DNA of 64,000 nucleotides from NCBI RefSeq assembly GCF_988243305.1, contig NZ_OZ547136.1; one strand, 5' to 3'. Shown piece by piece: positions 24,639 to 33,168 of this stretch (position 1 is its first letter; each line of letters starts with the position of its first letter). The notes under the pieces were generated by a model. It saw only the letters and a program-made list of their open reading frames with translations, ran no database searches and was not told where the DNA came from. The position numbers and the translations under genes were made by a program.

Positions 24639-24977
24639 ATTGATAACAGAGGGCGTTGCAGCGGGGTTGTCACTTAAGCGTATGGTCAACCTGACAACCC
24701 GGTGTCCTCAACGGGGGAAGGAATAACCCCGCCATACTTACCGCCGCGCCATTTCGCGGATTGCCACAACCGGAAGCGCACGGTCGACGAAAATTTAACG
24801 ACAGGCTATCTATGAACCAGCTACCTCGCCGTGCGCTTTCGCGTTATGGTCTGACTTTTCAGGGAAATATCCTTTCAGTAAACTGTCAGTGCCGGATTCT
24901 TATCCGTGTCCGGCGCACGACCACACGCTGTCACGAGAGGTCTCCATTCTCAACCAGTAACCTCAATGGAGGATAAA

Positions 24978-25172
24978 ATGTCAGAGCAGGAGTTAAAACT
25001 TGGTGCATGTTATTGTGTTCTCAAGGAGCTGGTACACATGCTTCCATCTACTCAGTATCAACAGTTAGTTGGCAATTTAAATCAGCGAATCGAAGCTATG
25101 TTAAAATCTGATGGTTTTAATAACGTAGAAACGCTGATGCTAAAAAGATATCTTGATGGATTAATCAGATAA
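24978..25172 (+). CDS. hypothetical 64-aa protein, convergent to the leftward operon
   Basis: ATG 24978 preceded by GGAGGA at 7-nt spacing; MSEQELKLGACYCVLKELVHML...; 3' end overlaps the 116-aa minus-strand ORF by 12 bp. Confidence 0.5.
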   Translation: MSEQELKLGACYCVLKELVHMLPSTQYQQLVGNLNQRIEAMLKSDGFNNVETLMLKRYLDGLIR

Positions 25173-25511
25173 CATTTTTTTACGGCGTTCATATTCGTTA
25201 ATATTTATGAAGCCTGTTGCCAGAAGCAGTTCGTTAATTTCATGGTTGTTTGGCTGTTTCTGGCTCTTTGAGCTGGGATCTTCCACTTCTTTTTCTGCAA
25301 ATTGTTTTGCTGTATCCTCTGTGCCATGGATATTTAAAGCTGTATCTGAAAACAGCCCAGTAAACGCATCGCGCACATTACGAGCCATATTATCAGTGTC
25401 TTTTTTTGTTACCGATTCCAATTCAAGTTCGTTCAGACGATGACGAAGTGTGTGTGCTGCAATCTCCTGGATTGAAGGAGGTAAATCTTTAAATTCCATC
25501 GTCAACCTCAT
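25161..25511 (-). CDS. hypothetical acidic 116-aa protein
   Basis: start overlaps the upstream ORF stop (TGATG); predicted helical and acidic. Confidence 0.5.
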   Translation of the reverse strand: MRLTMEFKDLPPSIQEIAAHTLRHRLNELELESVTKKDTDNMARNVRDAFTGLFSDTALNIHGTEDTAKQFAEKEVEDPSSKSQKQPNNHEINELLLATGFININEYERRKKMLSD

Positions 25512-25744
25512 CAGTCAGTGTTTCTTGCTAACCAGCGATGCGCGCCAGCTGCGGTTTTAAACGTTTTACTTTTGGTATACGTCATCGCGGTGAAGGTGCC
25601 GTCCTGGTTAGGGAACACACCGCATACCAGAGATTCGTTGTTGCCAAGATCGATAGTATCCATGCTGACCTCATTTCCCCTTAACGCCGGGGTAGCGGAA
25701 CAAAAACCTGCTGCATAGTTATTAAAGTTGAACCCTGCCGTCAT
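25511..25744 (-). CDS. hypothetical small protein (YdfA-like position, 77 aa or 50 aa from internal Met)
   Basis: first gene downstream of the cI terminator on the minus strand; internal start MDTIDLGNNESLVCGVFPNQDG... Confidence 0.45.
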   Translation of the reverse strand: MTAGFNFNNYAAGFCSATPALRGNEVSMDTIDLGNNESLVCGVFPNQDGTFTAMTYTKSKTFKTAAGAHRWLARNTD

Positions 25745-25903
25745 GTTCTTACGCCTCGGGCTGGCTACTTACCCCCTGACCACTGCTTGGTAACTCGAAG
25801 TATTGCCCGGCGTTCTGTGGGGCGGGGTGGGTTGGTATGTTGTTAAGGTAACAAGAGTTACCTTTCGAGTCAATACAATGTTGCAAAAGGTACATTCGAG
25901 GGC

Positions 25904-25930
25904 ATAAAAAACCCGCAATGAATGCGGGTT
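25904..25930 (-). terminator. rho-independent terminator immediately 3' of the repressor gene
   Basis: minus-strand hairpin AACCCGCA-TTCAT-TGCGGGTT followed by T7. Confidence 0.6.
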
Positions 25931-25935
25931 CTGAC

Positions 25936-26610
25936 TCAGTCTAAGTATTGATGTATTTGTGAAACTTTACCTTTAATGGTGTAACCACCATTAAGTTCGA
26001 TGGGTTTGTAAAGCGGATTCAGTGACAACAGATAGATGTTTGGTCCGTCAATCGCAACTTTTTTTAGTGTTACGTTTGGCGTTCCTTCCAATTGGATTAA
26101 GATTATTTTTCCCACCAGTTCTCTAATGTTACTTGAGCATGGTGTGATCAGCACGGTAGATCCGTCGGGGATGGTTGGGAGGCCGTTAGAGTTTGTCATC
26201 GCATCTCCCTCAACATGCAATAAAAAAGAGTTTTCAGCGGTTTTTGTCATGACATCAACCCAATTCTTAATACCAGGAATCTCGGTTACTGGACAACTCA
26301 TATCCCAATAACCAGCCTGTTCCCACGTTAAAACGGGCAACCGGGCGATGTTGTCACTAATGTAAGGGTACTGATTCAGACGCAGATCATCGGCTTTATC
26401 GTGACCGTCCTTTCCATAAAGAATCCATTCAGGAGATTTGGAAAGCAATTTTGACAGTAGATACAAATTCTCACCGTCAGGTTTTGAAGAGCCATTTTCC
26501 CATTTTGTTACGGATACACGAGATATGCCGATTGCTTTCGCAACCTGCTGTTGGGTTAATCCAACGTCTTTTCGACGATTCCGAATACGTTCGCTGATAG
26601 TGTTTTTCAT
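25936..26610 (-). CDS. CI-like repressor (HTH_XRE plus S24 LexA-type peptidase domain)
   Basis: start at internal ATG 26610 (MKNTISERIRNRRKDVGLTQQQVAKAIGIS...), because the listed ORF would overlap the cro start; C-terminal GDAM Ser and KK Lys dyad. Confidence 0.85.
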   Translation of the reverse strand: MKNTISERIRNRRKDVGLTQQQVAKAIGISRVSVTKWENGSSKPDGENLYLLSKLLSKSPEWILYGKDGHDKADDLRLNQYPYISDNIARLPVLTWEQAGYWDMSCPVTEIPGIKNWVDVMTKTAENSFLLHVEGDAMTNSNGLPTIPDGSTVLITPCSSNIRELVGKIILIQLEGTPNVTLKKVAIDGPNIYLLSLNPLYKPIELNGGYTIKGKVSQIHQYLD

Positions 26611-26672
26611 GTAACCAATGTTACTACCAAGTGATGTTGCTATGGTTGACATTGTTATGTAACTATTGTTAC
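26611..26672. promoter_or_regulatory. divergent cI/cro control region with two GTAAC-N4-GTTAC palindromes
   Basis: GTAACCAATGTTAC at 26611-24 and GTAACTATTGTTAC at 26659-72; TTGACA at 26646-51. Confidence 0.45.
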
Positions 26673-26701
26673 CCTTCTGCTCGAAATAACAGGAGAGTTT
26701 T

Positions 26702-26917
26702 ATGTTCAAAGATGATGTTCTGCGCTATTTCAAAAAAAAGCGACTAGTAGCTGAGGCTCTTGGAATTTCACATGTGGCTGTTGTGCGGTGGAAAGCAGTT
26801 ATTCCCAAACTTCGCGCAATGGAACTGGATGAAATTACTAACGGTGAATTGAAATACAACCCAGAACTTTACAAGAAGCAGGATAGCACCTCAAACGAAG
26901 GAAAGAATGATTCATGA
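26702..26917 (+). CDS. Cro/YdaS-like HTH regulator
   Basis: 71-aa ORF divergent from repressor, RBS AGGAGAG; HTH LVAEALGISHVAVVRW. Confidence 0.7.
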   Translation: MFKDDVLRYFKKKRLVAEALGISHVAVVRWKAVIPKLRAMELDEITNGELKYNPELYKKQDSTSNEGKNDS

Positions 26918-27339
26918 AAATCAAGCATGAACACATCCGCATGGCGATGAATGTCTGGGCGCATCCGGACGGCGAAAAAGTGCCGGCTGCGAAAATTACC
27001 AAAGCGTATTTCGAGCTGGGAATGACGTTCCCGGAACTGTATGACGACAGCCATCCGGAAGCCCTGGCCCGTAATACCCAGAAAATTTTCCGTTGGCTGG
27101 ATAAAGACACCCCTGATGCTGTTGAAAAAATGCAGGCTCTGTTACCGGCGATCGAAAAGGCGATGCCGCCTTTGCTGGTGGCCCGTATGCGCAGCCACAG
27201 TTCTGAATATTACCGTGAGATCGTCGAACGGAGGGATCGGCTGGTGAAGGATGTCGATGATTTTGTTGCGTCAGCGGTTGTTTTGTATGACCAGATGAAT
27301 CGCGGCGGCCCGGCAGGGAATGCTGTGGTGATGCACTAA
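26914..27339 (+). CDS. YdaT-like / cII-position protein
   Basis: 141-aa ORF MKIKHEHIRMAMNVWAHPDG..., translationally coupled to the cro-like gene; family assignment recalled. Confidence 0.5.
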   Translation: MKIKHEHIRMAMNVWAHPDGEKVPAAKITKAYFELGMTFPELYDDSHPEALARNTQKIFRWLDKDTPDAVEKMQALLPAIEKAMPPLLVARMRSHSSEYYREIVERRDRLVKDVDDFVASAVVLYDQMNRGGPAGNAVVMH

Positions 27340-27346
27340 AAGCACG

Positions 27347-28324
27347 GTGTTCGGGGGTTTTATGAGCAGCAAGCTTCATGGTCTTGTCTGGGAAGGGTGC
27401 GCCTTCACCGGCATGATCTTATCCAGGGTGGCGGTTATGGCCCGTCTTGCAGACTACAGCAATGACGAGGGCGTGTCATGGCCTGCCATTGAAACTATCC
27501 GGCGTCAGATCGGTGCAAGAAGTGAATCCACAGTGAAATCGGCTATTGCAGAACTGGCGAAAGAGGGCTGGCTGACGAAGGAAGAGCGTAAGGTCGGTGG
27601 GCGTAATGTAAGCAATATCTATCGGCTTAATGTGGAAAAACTCGAAGCAGCTGCGGCGGCGGCGCGTGAGTCATATAAACCGAAAAGAAAAATTAGCCCG
27701 GCAAAAAATGACCCGTTAACAGTTGACCCGTCAAATATTGACCCCTCAACGGTTGACCCGTCAAATTTTGATGGATCAACTGTTGATAAAAAACTGCCGA
27801 TTAGGGGGGCGATGATTGACCCCGATCCGTCAGTATTAAAACCTGATCCGTCAGATAAAAGATCTTCTTGTCCGGACGCTTCGCAACCGGACCCGCAGAC
27901 GGCTGAACAGGATTTTTTAACCCGACACCCTGACGCGGTTGTGTTCAGTGCGAAAAAACGCCAGTGGGGAAGTCAGGAAGATTTGGTGTGCGCACAGTGG
28001 ATCTGGGGACGAATCGTGAGTCTTTACGAGCAGGCGGCCAGCTATGATGGCGAGATCACTAGACCGAAAGAACCCAACTGGACAGCATGGGCCAATGACG
28101 TTCGCACAATGCGGATGCTGGATGGCAGAACTCACAGACAAATTTGTGAAATGTTTGGGCGTCTCCAGCGGGATTCGTTCTGGGTAAAAAACATCATGAG
28201 TCCGGCAAAACTCCGGGAAAAATGGGATGAACTGGTTATCCGCCTGGGGCGTTCGCCTGCGCAGCGTTGCGTGAATCACATTTCTGAACCGGACACTGAA
28301 ATTCCGCCGGGCTTCAGGGGGTAA
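27347..28324 (+). CDS. replication initiation protein (lambda O analogue) containing the origin
   Basis: 325-aa ORF, N-terminal winged-helix region, iterons inside the coding sequence. Confidence 0.7.
   Translation: MFGGFMSSKLHGLVWEGCAFTGMILSRVAVMARLADYSNDEGVSWPAIETIRRQIGARSESTVKSAIAELAKEGWLTKEERKVGGRNVSNIYRLNVEKLEAAAAAARESYKPKRKISPAKNDPLTVDPSNIDPSTVDPSNFDGSTVDKKLPIRGAMIDPDPSVLKPDPSDKRSSCPDASQPDPQTAEQDFLTRHPDAVVFSAKKRQWGSQEDLVCAQWIWGRIVSLYEQAASYDGEITRPKEPNWTAWANDVRTMRMLDGRTHRQICEMFGRLQRDSFWVKNIMSPAKLREKWDELVIRLGRSPAQRCVNHISEPDTEIPPGFRG
27709..27860 (+). repeat. origin iterons (TTGACCCGTCAA-like, 6-7 copies) plus adjacent AT-rich stretch
   Basis: direct repeats TGACCCGTTAACAG / TTGACCCGTCAAAT / TTGACCCCTCAACGG / TTGACCCGTCAAATT / TTGATGGATCAACTG ... 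Confidence 0.65.
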
Positions 28325-28364
28325 GTGTTAATTTCTGGTCATGAGGTAATTTTCAGGAGGACTT

Positions 28365-28640
28365 GTGGCAAAAGTTTTTACACAAGAAGAGCGGGAAAAA
28401 ATTAAAGGGCTGATCGTGGAATTCGTACGCCTTAACGGACGAGGCACGATTCGGCAGTTATCGGATGAAATTGGTGTCAGTCATACGTCTGTCGGTCGTT
28501 TATGCATGGAGCTGGCCGCCAGTGGTGATGTTTACAATTCCGGTTACGGAGTATTCCCGTCTGAGCAGGCGCGCAAGGACTGGCAAAACGCCCGCAAAAA
28601 AACTCTCAAGGGCAAAGCTGAAGAAACCATCTGTGGTTGA
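28365..28640 (+). CDS. hypothetical protein with HTH-like region
   Basis: 91-aa ORF MAKVFTQEEREKIKGLIVEF... Confidence 0.45.
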   Translation: MAKVFTQEEREKIKGLIVEFVRLNGRGTIRQLSDEIGVSHTSVGRLCMELAASGDVYNSGYGVFPSEQARKDWQNARKKTLKGKAEETICG

Positions 28641-28784
28641 TCCGGACCTTATCTGGCTATTACCTGACGGAGAAATACGTCGCTACGACAGGCGTCAGAA
28701 CATAATCTGTCGCGAGTGCCGGAAGAGCGAAGTTATGCAGCGCGTACTGGCGTTTTATCAGGGGAATTTTCAGGAGGTAGCGCA

Positions 28785-29273
28785 GTGAGTGCACCGGCAA
28801 CCATTCTTGATATGTGCTGTGGCAGCCGTATGTTCTGGTTCGATAAGAATGACGACCGGGCGATATTTAGCGATATCAGAAAAGAAGAGCACACATTGTG
28901 TGATGGACGACGCCTGATTATCAGTCCTGACCTGATAGCAGATTTTCGAGCATTACCATTTGCAGACGCATCGTTTCCGGTTGTTGTATTCGACCCTCCG
29001 CATCTTGAGTGTGTTGGTGATAAAGCCTGGATGGGAAAGAAATATGGACGGTTGAATAAAGATACCTGGCGTGATGATTTGCGGCAGGGATTTAAAGAAG
29101 CTTTTCGTGTGTTGTGGCCACATGGCGTTCTGATTTTTAAATGGAATGAAACGCAAATATCTGTCCGCCAGATATTGGCACTAACCGACGCGAAACCAAT
29201 CATCAGCCAGCGCACCGGTAAGAACGATAAAACACATTGGATTATTTTTGTGAAGGAGGCGACCAGTGGGTAA
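28785..29273 (+). CDS. small SAM-dependent methyltransferase (putative DNA MTase)
   Basis: GTG start after AGGAGG; motif I-like ILDMCCGSRMFWF and motif IV-like VVFDPPH. Confidence 0.6.
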   Translation: MSAPATILDMCCGSRMFWFDKNDDRAIFSDIRKEEHTLCDGRRLIISPDLIADFRALPFADASFPVVVFDPPHLECVGDKAWMGKKYGRLNKDTWRDDLRQGFKEAFRVLWPHGVLIFKWNETQISVRQILALTDAKPIISQRTGKNDKTHWIIFVKEATSG

Positions 29274-29520
29274 ATCAAAATGCCAGGTTTATGGCAACAA
29301 GATAGAACCGTGTACGACCCTGGCAAAATCCCTTGAGCATGATGCTGAATACACGATGCGAAAAGGTCTGCTGATATACAAAATCTGGAATGAGAGTTTA
29401 ACTCGCGGTCCTGATTTTGTGATGTTGCGTTCCGGTGAATTTTCTAAATTACCAGTTCGGGTTTCATTTTGTCCGTTCTGTGGTGAAAGTCTGAAAACGT
29501 GGGAGAACAGAAATGAATGA
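29266..29520 (+). CDS. hypothetical Cys-containing small protein
   Basis: 84-aa ORF with C..C and CPFC pairs. Confidence 0.45.
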   Translation: MGKSKCQVYGNKIEPCTTLAKSLEHDAEYTMRKGLLIYKIWNESLTRGPDFVMLRSGEFSKLPVRVSFCPFCGESLKTWENRNE

Positions 29521-29824
29521 AATTAAAGAAATACCAGTAGTACGTGATGAATATGGCTACTGGACGCATCCTGAATATGAAAAATTCTGTGACGGTCGGG
29601 AATATATTTCAACGGAAGAGTTTAACGCCTGGATGGAGGAAAATAATCTTCAATACGTCCTCTGCTTCAGAGATGAAGGATGTGCTGACCTTGATGCGTG
29701 TGATGCTGATATTTCTGCATGGGAACCGGAACGACCAGAGGGCAATGGATGGTTTATTGGTTCAATACATGACACCGAAGATGGCCCGGTTTGTGTATGG
29801 CTGAGAAATAAGGCCGAAGCATAA
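29513..29824 (+). CDS. hypothetical acidic protein
   Basis: 103-aa ORF overlapping the previous stop. Confidence 0.45.
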   Translation: MNEIKEIPVVRDEYGYWTHPEYEKFCDGREYISTEEFNAWMEENNLQYVLCFRDEGCADLDACDADISAWEPERPEGNGWFIGSIHDTEDGPVCVWLRNKAEA

Positions 29825-30300
29825 AGGCTATAAACCGACTAACAACTAAATACTGAAGATTTAAATCAGAAACGATTTTTATTAAATCCTTAACCGGAGG
29901 GATTCCTGCACCCTCAGAACATCAGGAGGCCGTCCGAAAGGGCGGTAGTGAAATGCGAAAATTCAAAATAATTATTGAAACGGGAATAGCCGGTGGAGAT
30001 TTCGAGGATGAATTCGAAGTGGATGATGATGCAACACCAGATGAAATACAGGATGAAGCTAAAGATATTTTCTTTAACTACTGCAATTACTCATACCACG
30101 AAATAAAAGACGAAGAGGAAGAACAAAATGGCTGATTTTGGTTCAACTAAATATAACGCCAGTTTTGAAGAATGGCATGAACTGTTAATGGATTATGCAG
30201 AGTTACGCGGTGGAAGTGCCGCTGATGCTGAAGCATGGCGTGATGATTATGAAGCAGGGAAAACACCGGTCGAAGCATATTGTGATGAGTGGGGCGATGA

Positions 30301-30660
30301 ATGAGCGAGATTAATTATCAGGAAGGGCATGAAAAGGTAGGGCAGGCAAAACCAGTGGCATGGCGATATCGCTACGTGAAAAAAGGCGTTACAGACTTTC
30401 AGGGGAAGCAGTGGGTTGGTGACTGGAAATATGTCCCGACAAAAGAGGATTGTAACGACAGACCAAACTATGAAATTCAGGCGTTATTCACGGCCCCGCC
30501 AGCTTCGGTGACATCAGAAGGACTGGTTAAAGCTGTGCGCTTTTATGAACAGGTACGGCGTGAGGATCCGCCAGTTGAAACCGGAGCATGGAAAGACGCT
30601 ATTGACTGGGTACTCAAGGAGGCCTGCCTGGTTGTAAACACGGGCATCAAAGGAGGCTGA
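30301..30660 (+). CDS. hypothetical protein
   Basis: 119-aa ORF in a tightly packed same-strand array. Confidence 0.45.
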   Translation: MSEINYQEGHEKVGQAKPVAWRYRYVKKGVTDFQGKQWVGDWKYVPTKEDCNDRPNYEIQALFTAPPASVTSEGLVKAVRFYEQVRREDPPVETGAWKDAIDWVLKEACLVVNTGIKGG

Positions 30661-30876
30661 ATGGGTATTGCCGCAAGTTATACCATGCATCTCTATTGTG
30701 ATTGCCGCCAGTGTACGGATGGCAAATATCAGTCGCCAGATTTTGGTGAGTATATCGGTACGTCATGGGCTGGCTGTGCAAAAGAGGCACGTAAAGATGG
30801 GTGGCGAATAAGTGCCGACAAAACGCGTGCTTTTGCGCCAAGGCATAAAATTTTGAGGAGCAACAAAGGAGAGTGA
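30661..30876 (+). CDS. hypothetical Cys-rich small protein
   Basis: 71-aa ORF with CDCRQC...C pattern. Confidence 0.4.
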   Translation: MGIAASYTMHLYCDCRQCTDGKYQSPDFGEYIGTSWAGCAKEARKDGWRISADKTRAFAPRHKILRSNKGE

Positions 30877-31097
30877 TGTGCCTACATTATTCAGAAAAGA
30901 ATATCCGCGAAAAAGTAGAGCGACAGAATTTTTGTTTCTCATTCTGTTTATCGTGTTGATGATACCGATATCCCCGTTAATTCTGGTATGGGGAATCGGA
31001 AAAATAATTGAGCCAGTTATTGAATTGTATAACGACGTGGTATGGGCTCCGTTCAACACACTGCACAATAAAATTAATCCGTATAAGGAAAACTGAT

Positions 31098-31361
31098 ATG
31101 GCAACTTTGACAAAAAAAGAACAGGCATGGTTGAACGAATTACAGGACGTTCTTGATCGCTGTCCATCACCGAAAAAAATTGGTTTTTACACCATTGGCG
31201 ATAAAAGCATTTACCTGTATGACCTGCGCCGCATGGATGAAATCATGGAGGCTCTTGATAATCGTTCGTCAATGGATTGGTGTGTTGCTGTCCATGATAT
31301 GAATGCAGGGTTTGATGAAAAGATTTTGTTCCCCTCATCAGTTGAAAGCACTGCGGGTTAA
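31098..31361 (+). CDS. hypothetical protein
   Basis: 87 aa from ATG 31098 (MATLTKKEQAWLNELQDV...). Confidence 0.45.
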   Translation: MATLTKKEQAWLNELQDVLDRCPSPKKIGFYTIGDKSIYLYDLRRMDEIMEALDNRSSMDWCVAVHDMNAGFDEKILFPSSVESTAG

Positions 31362-31371
31362 GGAGTAACAC

Positions 31372-32274
31372 ATGACCACTATTACCAAAGAACGTATTGA
31401 ATTGTTCATTAAAAACCCGCTTGAAAACGGGCTTACCCGTGGTGAACAAATGGAACTGGCACGGATTGCGCTGGCATCGCTGGAAGCAGATCCAGTTAAA
31501 CGAGTTAACTCAGATCAGATGCGCCGAGTCTGCTTAGAAGCTAATCGCCATTTAGATAAATATGACGCGATGGCGAAAGAGGTAAATAAGTTGCTTGGAC
31601 GCATCGCCCCGCCAGCGCCGGTAGTGCCGGAAGAAGCAACTCCGGAAAACGTAGAAATGCTCTCTGGCTATGTTTCCACGTACAAATTAACCGATAGCGA
31701 GCGCGATATTGCTGCCGAAATATGGAACGCCTGCCGCACCGCCATGCTTCAGTCCGGAAACTTTCGGGAAAGCAAGAATTCGTCAACCAATAATTTTCGG
31801 GAAATCCCGGAAGCGTCAACCAGCTCTCCGGTAACTCCGGCTCTTCTGCCTGGTGGTTTCACCATTGAGGAGGCGAAGGAATTACATGAAGACCTGGTAC
31901 GCAGCCACATAAGCAAGGCCTTAAGTGGCGAAAAGATGAAAAAGAAAGATCGCGATGCTGATTTGCGCTGGATTCATGGCGTTATAGTTCAGGCAGCGTG
32001 GTTTGTAAAAGCATCACTGGAGCAGAATGCACTATCGGGCAACTCTCCGGCAACTCCGGATGGTTGGATAAGCTGTAGTGAGCGAATGCCGAATACCAAA
32101 ACAGCCGTTCTTGTTGCCGTGGAGTTTGACAGGAAAGGTGACTGGCGAATGAAATGGGCTACTTACATCCCCGGGCATCCTGACGCTAATGATGGGTGGA
32201 TAATTCCTGGTGCGTCGTGGAAACCGTCACACTGGATGCCGCTACCAGAACCGCCGCAGGAGGTGAATCAATGA
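31372..32274 (+). CDS. hypothetical protein with DUF551-like C-terminal domain
   Basis: 300-aa ORF; C-terminal WISCSERMPN...W...PLPEPP resembles DUF551 as recalled. Confidence 0.55.
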   Translation: MTTITKERIELFIKNPLENGLTRGEQMELARIALASLEADPVKRVNSDQMRRVCLEANRHLDKYDAMAKEVNKLLGRIAPPAPVVPEEATPENVEMLSGYVSTYKLTDSERDIAAEIWNACRTAMLQSGNFRESKNSSTNNFREIPEASTSSPVTPALLPGGFTIEEAKELHEDLVRSHISKALSGEKMKKKDRDADLRWIHGVIVQAAWFVKASLEQNALSGNSPATPDGWISCSERMPNTKTAVLVAVEFDRKGDWRMKWATYIPGHPDANDGWIIPGASWKPSHWMPLPEPPQEVNQ

Positions 32275-32565
32275 GCTGGCCTGAAGCATTAACAACGGTA
32301 GGAATTGCGATGGCGGTGGCGCTGGTGGTGTATTCGATTTGCCGCTGGGGATAAAAACGGTTTGCGGGAAAAGGAGAGTTAAGTAGAATTGCAGCGGGTG
32401 CTTGAGGCTATCTGTCTCAGGCATGAACACCAAAAGGCAGATAGAGAAAAGCCCCAGTTAACATTACGCGTCCGGCAAGACGCTTAACATTAATCTGAGG
32501 CCATATCTATGCTCTACACACGTAGGTTAGCCTCTTACGTGCCGAAAGGCAAGGAGAAGCAGGCT

Positions 32566-32721
32566 ATGAAGCAGCAAAAGGCGATGCTAATCGCCCTGAT
32601 CGTCATCTGTTTAACCGTCATGGTGACGGCACTGGTAACGAGGAAAGACCTCTGCGAGGTACGAATCCGAACCGGCCAGACGGAGGTCGCTGTCTTCACA
32701 GCTTACGAACCTGAGGAGTAA
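32566..32721 (+). CDS. hokD: Hok/Gef-family type I toxin (RelF/HokD-like)
   Basis: 51 aa MKQQKAMLIALIVICLTVMVTALVTRKDLCEVRIRTGQTEVAVFTAYEPEE; in-frame upstream extension is mok-like; hairpin plus T-run at ~32790-32815. Confidence 0.85.
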   Translation: MKQQKAMLIALIVICLTVMVTALVTRKDLCEVRIRTGQTEVAVFTAYEPEE

Positions 32722-32888
32722 GAGACCCGGCGGGGGAGAAATCCCTCGCCACCGCTGATGTGTCAGGCATCCTCAACGCACCCGCACTTAACCCGCTTCG
32801 GCGGGTTTTGTTTTTTCTGGTCGTTCTGGTTTACAATCCATCCGTCAGCCTGAACAACTGGCACCTGCTGCGCCAGCAGAGAAAACAG

Positions 32889-33167
32889 ATGGCGCACGAT
32901 ACCAAATTTTACAATTCGGATAACTCTGCCGCCCCTGCCAGCAGGCACGGGCGGCGTTCTCATGCATTCAAATCTGACTGGTATCAGCACGACCCCTGCA
33001 CCGAAGAACAGGCTGAATGGCTCATTCAGTGTTACCGCGGGCGCGGATGCGAGGTTAAAAAAGCCCTTAGCCTCGACTACCGTCACTGGATAATCTCCGT
33101 CAGGCTCCCTTACTCAGAACGGCCAGCGCGTCCGTCCCGCACATTCCAGCAACGGATCTGGAGGTAA
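32889..33167 (+). CDS. hypothetical protein
   Basis: 92 aa from ATG 32889 (MAHDTKFYNSD...). Confidence 0.4.
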   Translation: MAHDTKFYNSDNSAAPASRHGRRSHAFKSDWYQHDPCTEEQAEWLIQCYRGRGCEVKKALSLDYRHWIISVRLPYSERPARPSRTFQQRIWR

Positions 33168-33168
33168 T

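Noticed and set aside
25161-25511. 116-aa ORF as an N-like antiterminator
   Set aside because: The protein is acidic and lacks an arginine-rich N-terminal motif; left as hypothetical.
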